From Mytilus trossulus (Eukaryota), in the NCBI RefSeq assembly GCF_036588685.1, contig NC_086373.1, positions 90,458,001-90,522,000 on the forward strand: a DNA stretch of 64,000 bases, written 5' to 3'. The notes beneath the pieces are model-generated. The model made no database searches, had not been told where the DNA came from, and was given only the letters and a program-made list of their open reading frames with translations. Made by a program: the position numbers and the translations under genes. Shown here piece by piece: positions 40,243-52,234 of this stretch; the first letter of the stretch is position 1; each line of letters starts with the position of its first letter.

Positions 40243-40592
40243 AAATAAGAAGATGTGGTATGATGACCAATGAGACAACTCTCCACAAAAGAACAAATGA
40301 CACAAACATTAAAAACTATAGGTCGCCATACGGCCTTAAAAATGAACAAAGCCGAAAAATGCGTAGTCAGCTATAGAATGCCCAGAAAGACGAATGTAAA
40401 ACAATTCGAACGAGAAAACTATTGGCCTAATCTATGTACAAAATAATAATCGAAAAACAATTATGTTACATAGCAACAAACGACAACCACTGAATAACAG
40501 GCTCCGGACTGGGGACAGGCACATATAAAAAATGGCGGGGCTATACTGACTAATCAGTTGAACGAAAATTAACTCATCAGAGGAATAAAGAT
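40243..40592 (+). repeat. Abundant unclassified interspersed repeat (ATAAGAAGATGTGGTATGAT..CAATGAGACAACTCTCC family)
   Basis: Homologous fragments at about 3800-3965, 27440-27552, 27910-27960, 36728-37070, 37570-38045 and 51010-51095. Confidence 0.7.
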
Positions 40593-41055
40593 ATCAAATG
40601 CATCAAAGAAAACACAAAAACGCACACTTGACATTTATAACATTGCATTGGTCGTCTAGAACATGCATGGAATATTTGCCACCGGACGCAATCTTTGCTC
40701 TTAACTTAGGTATAGTTCTCTGGTGTTGCTGATGTTGTAATTCATTTTTTTGCTTTATAAAAACTATCTCTGTATTCGTAATTTGCAAAAATCAGCTGTT
40801 TTTATCAGTTCATATCAGAGGCGAACATCATGAAAAATATATACAATGTTCATTCTATAGTATATATACATTCTACATATAAAAAAAACAGATATCCGAT
40901 CTATTTTCTTGGCCATATTGGCACTCTCATACCTAAAATACATATTTAAAGTTCTATCCGTTTATAAATAAAGTAAAAAATATGAAAGTAAAAAATGTAA
41001 GTTTAAGAAGTTTAAGAATATTATTATATATGTATATATGAATTATGAGCAAAGT

Positions 41056-41883
41056 TTACCAACTATTACCAGACGAAGCACTACTGCGCGTCGTTAGATT
41101 TCCCATGTCCCGAGTTAGATATTTGTCAATTGCATTCATTCCAAGACGACACACCTCTATTGGTGGACGAACAAGTGGATTACCTTCCAGTAACGAGGAA
41201 ATATATCTCCAGTCCCAGTCAATATTCCTCAGCTGACCAAAGTTCTTAGGCAGAGATTGTAACAAATTGTTCCCAAGCCACAAACATCGTAACTCGGTCA
41301 TTTGACAGATACTGTCGGGAAGTGTTCGTAAGCGGTTAAAGCACAGAAGCAATGTATGAAGATTCTTTAGGTTAGAAATCTGATGAGGAAGTTCTTCTAG
41401 CATATTGTCACACATATCTAGAAATTCTAAATTTTCCAGATCACAAAGTTCGAGGGGAAATTCTTCAAATTCGTTGTTCGACAAATGTAGACTTTTAAGA
41501 TTTGTTAGATTTTTAAATCCATTTGGTAAGCTAGACAAATGGTTATTGCTCAGAGCAAGTCTTTCCAAACTAACCAATAATGTTACTTCTGTTGCCAAAG
41601 TTTGCATTTCATTGGTATCAAGAATAAGCACTTTCAAGTTGATCAATTTTCCAATCGCCGGAGGAAGTTTTGGAAGTTTAAAATCAAGGCATGCCTCTCG
41701 CTCCGGACTAAGTTCCAAAACTTCTAATTCCAAAATACTGAATATAGATCTGGGCAACTCGTTTAGATCTCTTCCTCTAATTTTCAATTTTTTCATTCCA
41801 TAATAAATTGGATCCTCTGTTTCTATAAGCCTTCTGAGTGATCTTGCATCACTGAGATTACGTGGTGTACAAATATAAGCCAT
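41056..41883 (-). CDS. Intracellular LRR-only protein, 275 aa, single coding exon, with a C-terminal GNPL..PP.EV...G..AI..YL cap
   Basis: About 7-8 regular 23-aa LRRs, aacATGG start context, in-frame upstream TAA, splice acceptor at 41962-41963 in the 5' UTR. Orthology not assignable by eye. Confidence 0.9.
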   Translation of the reverse strand: MAYICTPRNLSDARSLRRLIETEDPIYYGMKKLKIRGRDLNELPRSIFSILELEVLELSPEREACLDFKLPKLPPAIGKLINLKVLILDTNEMQTLATEVTLLVSLERLALSNNHLSSLPNGFKNLTNLKSLHLSNNEFEEFPLELCDLENLEFLDMCDNMLEELPHQISNLKNLHTLLLCFNRLRTLPDSICQMTELRCLWLGNNLLQSLPKNFGQLRNIDWDWRYISSLLEGNPLVRPPIEVCRLGMNAIDKYLTRDMGNLTTRSSASSGNSW

Positions 41884-44800
41884 GTTGAAGACTGATTAAA
41901 AATTAATTGTTCCTTTAATATAGGTTTTTCCTCTCCATACCAACTCCAATCAATATAAATTCTACAACAAAATTTAAGATAATAATATGAATTTCTTTTA
42001 TTGAATTTGATTAAATATTAACGCCCCATTGTGAAATATTTGTATTTTAACTAAGACATGCTTTAAAATCAATATCATTATTTACCTCCTGTAATTTGAG
42101 CTGCTTTCTACCTGCCTTCCTACACCTGTATCAAGCTTCCCAGGTGTATACAGCTTACTTTAAAGTTCCCTCATTCCTACGTAGACATGTTACGTTTTAA
42201 ATCCGTTCTAACCATTAACTTTTATAAACGTATCAATTCTTTTGTTAATTCTTTTCATAAAACCGAATGTTTACGTTGACCGACGAATTAAACGGGGTTG
42301 AAATTTGTAATGTAAATTCGTGCTTTAAATTGCTTTGATCTTATGTTGCAATTGGTTTCTATATTAGCAGGGACTAAAACTATATCCATAAAATAAGTTT
42401 TGATATTTGTTTTTCAACAAAAAAGTACATATCTCAAAAGCCCTTAACTGGTAAAAATGATTAAATTATTCGTCATTCTGGAAAAGAAAAAGAAACAAAA
42501 ACAAAAACCTTAAAAGAAGCATTACAAACTTTGTCATACTATTAATAGTCAATTACATCCGTACATAGCATACTTATATACTGAACGGCTTTAGAAACGC
42601 AACACTCATTTTGTTGATTTTTTTTACCAAATCTTGTTTGATTTTCTTACAACTACTTTGCATGCTTATCCTTCTTTCTCCGTACAAAAATATCAAATCT
42701 TACTTACCTGTGGTTATTGAACATACCGAATTTTTGAAGTCGCACGAATTTCTTAAAGCGAAATTTTGGACCCTTGAAGGATTGTTTCAGTTGTTTTGCT
42801 CTGTGAAACAGTTCTTTCAATCCTTTGCCTCACTTAAACCAGTTTAAAAATGTTGCATCTCTATTTTGCCAAGACTGAGAAACAAAAAACTGAATTACCC
42901 CTTAAGAATACTGCAAACGTTAAAACATAAACATGCTGCAACCATATTGTATGACTACAGAAACTCGTCTTACTGTCTTTCCGACAACGATACAAGTAGA
43001 CACGATGTGTTGCTGACCATCAATGAACAGATAAACGTTTAGAGACAATGAAACGTCAACAAAATTTGATTACGCAACGTCATTTGCCAGACATGTTTAC
43101 GGCTGCAACGTCAACTGCTAATCAAATTGCCGAGTGCCATTGGGTACAGATTCATGACATAAATGTTTCCCATCAACTGAATTGCCAAAGAATCGACTGG
43201 AGGAAAACTTTAAAAGCCACTAAGTTCCAACCGCATAAATGCCAAAACCAATGAATGGGTTGAACACATGCAAAACCGGAAGGTGTAAAACAGAACCCAA
43301 AACATGTCAGACAGAATTTGTTGACCTTTCTGGCAATTATTTTGGCGTTTATAACATGCAGCGATCGCTTTTGACGGGAACACATTCATTCAAAAATAAC
43401 ACAAAAATAATCCAGTGTTGCGTTTCAAAAGCCGTTCAGTATAGATTTTATATATTGCACATTGCAAATTAAAAAAAATAGTTATCAAAATTAAGTTTTT
43501 TTTTTTTTGTTTTTTTTTATTAAAAACACATATATAGACAGCATTCTCGAAAAATTACGGTTATCAATAATGATTTTTTTTTGTTTTTTCTTGTTCTTGA
43601 ATACACACTAGCTAAGAGTTAAGGTTATCGATGTTTCAGTTTTAAAGCTTATGAGCTTATTTCACCTCTAAAACCACTACTGCTGAAATTAGAAAAATAA
43701 ATGCAATTATACCAAATACTTAACTGCTGTTTTGCAATGCAGCAACCAGTACACTTCGATATCTGTATCATATAAAAATCGATATTGCTCATTTCAATTA
43801 CTAGTACTGGTACACAAATTACTTGAATTTAAACTAAAGTCCATTACATCTGTGTTTTTTTTCTTCATGAAATAAACAATAGGGTCAAAATGAACCAATA
43901 AAATAGTATACTTTATATAATATTTCAGATTTAAATTTCGACATGGATCCTTCAGAGCGAGAGAAAAAGAAAAAGCGAAATCCTCTTTGCTGTTTTATGT
44001 ATAACTAGCCTTTCTGAAGCGAAACAATTGGACTAAGATTTGTTATCATGTCCTCTTAATGGGGACAATACACTTGTATTATCTGAATCTCTACAAACCA
44101 TGTGAGCTTCATCGTCGTTATCGCCTAAAAAAAACTTAAATGGTCAAAGTACGACCGAACTCTATCCGACATTGACACAAAGCCAAAGAATGCTAGCTTG
44201 TTTGTTCAGTATACACCACAATATTGAATGTTTATTTTCGTAGTGATCAGTTGTAATAAAAATACATGTACATTACATATATTCGTTATTTAAAATCAAA
44301 ACCTTTCGACAAAAAAATAATTGTTTAAACTTAAATGCCGATATCAAAACTGACATCCTGGTTTGACGTAGGCAAGAAAACATTTAATCAACTTATTATA
44401 TTATATAGTAAAACTTTAGTACATATATATAGCGATACACACAAGTATTAAAATAAATTAAAAGTACTTTTTTTTACGGTGCGAAAAGTATACGTTTATA
44501 GTGAAACGTCCTTTTGAATATTGATGAATATTAACGGTAACTTAATGATGCTATTTAAAATATTGCACATTCCATAAAAAATAGGCACAATTTGTAGAGG
44601 AATGAGGTATATTTTGTTACTTTCAAAACGGCAGATTAATATACCGAAACAATCTCACTTGTCGCACAAACTAGGCAACCGTAAATATTACATAACCATT
44701 TTAATGCACCGTGGTTTTGTTTATTTTAGCTTAGCAGAATAACGATACGACCATTATAATGATGCCTATATAAGAAATGTATAACATTACTAAAGCCAAA

Positions 44801-45643
44801 GCTAAGGGATTTGACTATTCTTTATCTTTAAAATACTTAAGACCCTTAATCATATGAATTTACATGTATAAATTGATATGAGAGAGGGATGGCCTAATAC
44901 TATATTTAGACCCAATATACTGGTTAGGTTTGAACTTACGTCCACCAGCTTGAACATCCCAACTAATATTTGTTGTACAGTTTAATTTGAATCAGCCCAG
45001 TTTATAACAATATAAGTGTTGTTATCTCAAAGCTAACTGCAAATTATTCTTTGTAATATACTTTTTAGAAAAGATGTTGATGAACTGTTCATCCAGAAGC
45101 ATGCATTGAAGAAGAGATCTGCATCGGACCCATTGTTGTCAATAGAATGGAATTTCATGCGACTCTCATACAAGTGAGAGGTTTAGCTAGATATAAACAG
45201 ATTTAATCTACCATTTTCTATACATATGGAAATGCATTTACCAATCAGGAATACGACAGTTGATTTCTATTCGTTTGATGAGTTTGGGCTCTTGATAAGT
45301 GACTGTCCGTTTTGAATTTCTTTGGAGTTCGTTAATATTTTCCATTACACAGAAGTTTCTCATACTCTCTTTGTTTTGCTTTTATATATTAACTAATAAA
45401 GAACAAAATAGAACAGCAAAAATATACAACGCTCGAGATGTGATTGCCCATTTATATTTCTTGTCTTGTAAGTGTTACATGACCATCACATGTTCTTATG
45501 ATGCATGTCAATATTGACTGCGGATGTACAGTTTATCGCAGCAAAACATAATATTCTCATTACAAATGGAAAGAAAACACCATAATACTTTTTTCCCAAT
45601 TTGATGGAGTAACTGAAAAGACGACATGCTTCTGTATTATCCA

Positions 45644-47006
45644 TTTTTAGCTCACCTTGCCTAAAAGGTCATGTGAGCTTTTCTCATCACTTGGCGTCCG
45701 TCGTCGTCGTCGTCGCCGTCGGTCGTCGTTAACAATTTTTCAAACATCTTCTCCTCTGAAACTACTGAATGGATTTAAATGAAACTTAGCATGATTGTTC
45801 CTTAGATTATCCTGCACAAAGTATGTGCTTCGATTTTTGATCCGTCAAAAAACATGGCCGCTGTTACTTAAAATAGAACGTAGGGGTCAAATGCAGTTTT
45901 TGGCTTATATCTCAAAAACAAAAGCATTTAGAGCAAATCTGACATGGGGAAAAAAATGTTCATTAGGTCAATATCTATCAGCTCTGAAATTTTCAGATGA
46001 ATCAAACAACCCATTGTTCGGTTGCTGCCACTTAATTGGTAATTTTAAGGAAATTTTGCAGTTTTTGGTCATTATCTTGAATATTATTATAGATAAAGAT
46101 AAACTGTAAACAGCAAAAATGATCAGCAAAGTAAGATCTACAAATAAGTTAATATGACCAAAATTGTCAATTGACCCCTTAAGGGGTTATTGTCCTTTAA
46201 TGACAATTTTTCACAATTTGTTCATCATATTTGCTAACTTTAAAAAATCTTCTCCTCTAAAACTACTCAACCAAATTCAACCAAACTTCAACTGAATGAT
46301 CAGTAAGGTGTATAAAATAAAGTGTGTGCGTTAAAAAAAAACATGGCCGTCATGGCTAAAAATAGAACACAGGGTAAAATGCAGTTTTTGGCTTATATCT
46401 CAAAAACTCCAGCATTTAGAGCAAATATGACAAGAAGTTAAAGTATTTATTAGGTCAAGGCCTACCTGTCCTGAAATTTTCAGCCGAATTGGGTAACTGG
46501 TTTTTCAGGTATAATGCCCCTGAATTGATGATTTTAAAGAAATTTTGCAGTTTTTGGTATTATCTTGAATATTATTATAGATAAAGATAAACTGTTAAAA
46601 GCAAAAATGTTGAGCAAAGTAATGATCTACAAATAAGTCAATATGACCAAAATTGTCAATTGACCCCTTAAGGAGTTATTGCCCTTTAAAGACTTTTTTC
46701 ACAATTTGTTCATCATGTTGACTTACTTTAAAAAATCTTCTCCTTTGATACTGCTGTATCAATTTCAGCCAAACTTAGGCTAAATGAGTTTAAGAGTATC
46801 TAGTATAAATTTTATATTTCATTTCCTTGTTATGTCAAGAAACATAGCTCCTATGGCTAAAATAGAACATAGGAGAAAATGATTTTTTTTGCTTTTGAAG
46901 AAAAAAGGACAATTCAAAGAACATTTAAATAAATTGAAAAGTCAAAATAATCATTGATGAAAAAAAATTAAGGTGAGCGATTCAGGCTCTTGAGAGCCTC
47001 TTGTTT
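45644..47006 (+). mobile_element. HINE-type element with ~490-bp internal tandem units
   Basis: TTTTTAGCTCACCT start, (GTC)n microsatellite, subterminal inverted repeat AGGTGAGC at 46971, 3' hairpin AGGCTCTTGAGAGCCT, T-rich insertion site. Confidence 0.85.
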
Positions 47007-50000
47007 AAATGTATTGGGGGTACTCGTTTTTTTTTCTTCATCTATATATTTTTGGCATTTTAAAATTCTTGTATAAAAGGAGGTCTTTAATAGTACAGAT
47101 AATACGTTTAACGCAAGTTGTCAGTTATAACTGCTATAACATAACTTGAAGTAGTGATCTATGCGCGACAAGTTTAAAGCAATATTATAGCACGAATGTC
47201 ATCAAAGAACAAAAGACATCAACATTAGACTATCTTAGACATAAGAGTTAAACAAACTGTTCAAACAAGTAAGATTTTTCAAATCAAAAGAAGCAAACAG
47301 CTAACTGAACAAATATTTGTTTTGCACTTCCATTTTTTTCATACTGTTTGTATCATGTTTGTAATCTGTTTGTCGTTCATGGCGGTTAACGTTTTAAATT
47401 TGTATTTTCTGAATAAATTTGTGTCACTAACAAACTACGACTTTGATTTAAAAAAAATAGAATATACCTTGTGGTCGATTAAACTCCATAATTCAGAAGG
47501 ATAGACAATAACAGTCCACGAAACACTACATAGCATAATATTGAGCAGCGTTAAATATTGCGTAGAAAAGTCTAATCGATTTTAATAAAGGTCTACAGCG
47601 GAGACAGATATCTGTTTTAACACATTGTTACTGTTAAATTATTCTTCATAGTCAATGCTGTATCTTGTAACAGGATATCGGAGGCATTCATGATGTTTCA
47701 TTTTGAATAAAAACTACATATAAATCAATGAAATTTTAATTTTAGTTTCATTAGTGTTGCCATTGACACACGTACAGAGAAGTCGATTTATTGGATGAAT
47801 GAGTTTAATCATTGATTTTAATAAATAATAAGAATTTCAAAAATGGATTTGTAAAACTTGAAATACTTAATATTTTTTTCAAAGAATTGCCTTTCAGGTC
47901 GCCTACCCAAAAGCATTAATTGGAGGCAATGCGCAGTAACCTTTAAATTTTCGTTTTAAAATGTTATGCAGGTTGTTATTTTTGCAGTGTTGTTTGAATG
48001 TACCGAAATGGTAATTTTGCATATCAAGATAATCAAAGTCAATCTTGTGTTCAATTGGACGGAGGGAGGGCAGTTGCTAAAGACTATTGTCCAAGATTGA
48101 TCTGGTGACCTTTATAAGATCTTCAGTGGTCAGTCGTCAAAAAGACAGATAATCTGGATTATTCTGAGAGGTGCCTTTACCATGCATGTAACTTTTTTTT
48201 TAAGGTCTTTATAACATTGAAATAACTACGAAATCTTCCCTGACTTTTGACGGTGGCATATTTAAAATTAGCTTCTACAGTGAAATCTACAAGCTAAATT
48301 ACAACCCTTGTAGAAATAAACTGACAAATATGACTCTAATGTATGGCACGTTCTCTGCAATGAAGCAAAAGTGATTATAAATTTTAAAGATTGATCGATT
48401 GTTGAATACATAACGTCCAGTGGCAGTTAATTCATGCCGCATTTTCATGACAAAACGTTTCATTCTGCAAGGTTGGACGACATGGATAAAGGGTGGGAAA
48501 TGTGGACTGTAAAAAACAAAGTTATGTTGGATAGGGACATACATTTTGCCTTGAAATCTTTGAACAACTAGTTGTTGCAAGGATTTTTGAATAGTTACTC
48601 TCTCTCTCTCTACGGGAGGGATCTGACCAAAGGTATCCGATACTTCATGTATACAGTAAAATAGACTTCCCACTTGGCAAGGTTTTTTCCCCCAGTCGGA
48701 AGTTGACCATGTTTCTATACCTAAAATACTCCTGTAATTAAATTCAGAAGCCGGCGTTCTAGTTAATATAGTAAGGATGGAAATAAATCAACATGCAAAT
48801 AAAGTTATCATTTCTCTCTCATTCTTGCAAATGGTTTGAACAGCATGCTGTATGAGTTTTGTGTAAAATTGGTTAATAATGTTGCTATGGGAATCACGTA
48901 CTGGTCTTTAATTATTTGTCTATTGCCTAGACGTAAGTGTAAAAGTGAGACATGCAGAATTCTGAGGGGAAAAACATTTTTCTAGATAAACGAACAAGAC
49001 AGAGAAAAAAATCATCTTTCTTACAGATTATGCTAAATTTTAAGATCCTATCTATTTGTTTGAATCATTTCCTTCTTCAACAGTATTTTATTTTATTACA
49101 CTTGTTCACGTATGCTGTAACCAAATAAAGAAATAAACAAAGTAGCAACAAACCTGTCAATTGTGAATATTAAAACCAATATTTCATTTACTAGTAATAG
49201 TCTGCCTTCAAATGTCGTTCCTCGATGTTATGTATATATAATAAAACCAATATTTCAAATTAATAATTCACTGAGGCGTTTAGCACTTATCAAACTCGAT
49301 AACTAGTGATTTATGTTGTCATCGAATGGAGACATATTATTACAATGTAGATATCTAATTGAAGAGACTGGGATTGCTTCATAAACACAATTTCAAAAAC
49401 AGCAGCAAATAGATTCCCGTAAACAACAATTTGGAATTCTAATGAGGAATAAACATATCTGAACACACCACGAAAAACATTTGCTCTACACAACTTATAT
49501 TTGTCTCCTATAGCACAGGATCTTGTCTCAGAGAAAAAAAATCATAAATATCTTAATAAAACACTATTTAAGGTACCGGTATTATATAGGAAAATAAATT
49601 CTGAAACAAGTGCCTGTGTCCCAGAGGGAGAAACAAAACCGTACACCCCGTTTCTTTCTTACCTGATAGATACTACTGACAACGAATTTCATAGTACTAG
49701 TAGTTGCCAAAAAAATAATTATGTAACACCAACTTACTTTTACATTATCAGGTACAATATCTGTATGTTAAAGATCCTTTCAGCATTTCTTGCTAATTTC
49801 GACGTATTTCCGTACATAAATGGACCAACATGCAACCGTTGATAATTTGTCAGTATTGTCTTATTCTATATGACTACTATATTACCTTCTGATCGTCTAA
49901 TACTTTCATAGAAAATGCATACTCTTTCATGAACTATCAAGCTGTCATATTAATGTATTAGCATTAAATGAACAAATACATTAATTAAATAGCTTTGAAG

Positions 50001-51096
50001 AAAACTGCGTGTGTAGATCATATTAAATGAAAGGAGTGTTTGATATTGGCTCATATACAATTTATTATTCATTTTGTAAGTGTTACACTTGATCTGTTAT
50101 TAGTTTAGAAATTGATAAAAATTGCGCAATATATATTTAAATTCAATGTAAACCTTTAAATACAAAATGAAACCACTAATGGCAATCTTGAGACTATAAT
50201 TATATTTAAAGCCAAGGTTAAAAATAAGAGATAAAAAAGTAGAAAATTCAAATTCAAATGATATAGAAGTTAGCTGGATCTAGCTATTTACCCCATGTGT
50301 TCTTTTAATTCCCGTCCCTGTTTTGGTTCAAGAACTTTCTATGCTGCTAAACTTCAAATCAGTATGACATTAATTTACGGTTTCAAAAGATTAAATGATT
50401 TTGTTAAAATGAAAACAGCACTTTGCAGAATTTAGAATATAACACTCAGAGTATTCAATTATTCATTATTACAAAACAATTTGACAGAAATTAAAAAAAA
50501 AAAACTTATTAAAGATAAAATGTGTTGCTAGTTCCACTACATACTATCACGGGGTCGATCAAACTGCTTGCTGACACTACAAGTCCCTTCATGGTAGCCT
50601 TACATCATGCACTGTTCATAAACAGTAAGATTTCCCGCCATTGTTCAAACTCCAATTCATCTAGGAGATTGCTGCTGTATTGTTGGTATTTGCTTCACAT
50701 ATGCAAAACTGAAAATTCTGTTTTTGAAAGATATCAATTCCAACAAATCCCTTTTTCTTACCAAAATATATATCCTGGTTAGTCTCAATCAAAGAAATAC
50801 TTACATATTTACCAATTGTATGTGCACTGCAAGGAAAAGTGACATAAATTCGATGCAAACCATTGCATTTACACATGCTTTGTTACAAATATAACATGCT
50901 GAATTTATCTACTAAAAATAACGTATTATAGTTTAAATGTATAATGTATACTTATTGGTTGAATCAAGGATTTGTAGTTGTTAATTGAACTTGCGATAAA
51001 GGTTAATAGATATAGGAAGATGTGGTGTGAGTGTAAATGAGATACTCTCCATCCAAATAACAATTCATAAAAGTAAACCATTATAGGTCAAGGTAA

Positions 51097-51522
51097 GTCT
51101 GCCTCATATCTTGACTTGCATCTAGAAATTGACAAAGGGTCGATAGATAACAAAATTCATCTTCCCAATTGTGAACTTTCTATTTCTATGCAGCTACATT
51201 CCAGCAGCGCATGTAAACGGAGTAAATATCTCCTAGTTGATACAATATTCCAGGGCTTGTATTTTCTATCATAATTTCCTTGGTAGAGGGTTGCTGCTCA
51301 CAAAAAAGCTATACACTAGTTCTAAGTGGTGAAGACAAAATTTTCCCTTCGTAAGTTTTACGAACGCCATCACGAGTTGGTTAACCATTATGCAATATCC
51401 ATTTCACGGATTTCGTAACTGCAACCCCGTCCCCTATTCCCAAATGCGACTGCTACTGAATAAGACTTATAAACGGGTTTGTACTAACATGGGCAACACG
51501 AAGAATATCACATGTGACGCAG
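51097..51522 (+). mobile_element. Degenerate Penelope-like RT fragment
   Basis: Decayed SASYLDLHLEID...FPIVNF.FLCS.IPAA...YSRAC; homologous to 6248..6847. Confidence 0.65.
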
Positions 51523-52234
51523 GTGAGTTGAAAAATAACCTATTAAAAACCGCCAATAAAATATAAAGGTTATGTTGATAAACGATCGTCTAGATCAACT
51601 TACTATAGACACATTCCCCATTTCCTTTCTCAATGTTATTATTGTACAAGTACATGCTTATTTTACTGGTCATTGCATTATTGGATCGCTTTTCTATTCA
51701 TATTTACTTTCAATCATATGGTACATTTAAAAAGTACATTTTAAACTATTGTACTTTTACTTATGAAAACCATTATTTATATGTGTTGCTTGGTATCAAA
51801 AGAGGATAAATAAGGCATTTCAAAGAATGATCAGTCAACTAATATTTACTAACTATTTGTAAATACAATAAACCTATAATATCAAAATGCATTTCAAATG
51901 AGTAAACAATCAGTCTTTATTAAACCAATGATGATTTTCCAAACCTAGAGAGAAAATAACTTTATTGTACAGGTAACTGTTCTTAGTTAATATACTTAAT
52001 TTACTTTTACATTCAATATTTGAAATATCTATGCTACAGGGACTCGGTTAATTTTACTTTCCATATTTCCAACCTAGATTTAGTACATTATAGCTGATTA
52101 CACAGACGTTCAATGTGTGGTTCTATAATAAATCCATATAATAAATAAAATCTCAATATTATCGTACATTGATAATAAATAAAACAGAAGACATACGATG
52201 GTTAAACAAATTGTATCCACTATCCGATATAAAA

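Noticed and set aside
50517-50709. Minus-strand frame with two in-frame TGA codons (selenoprotein idea)
   Set aside because: No SECIS identified, no recognisable family, and upstream exon phase does not favour this frame.
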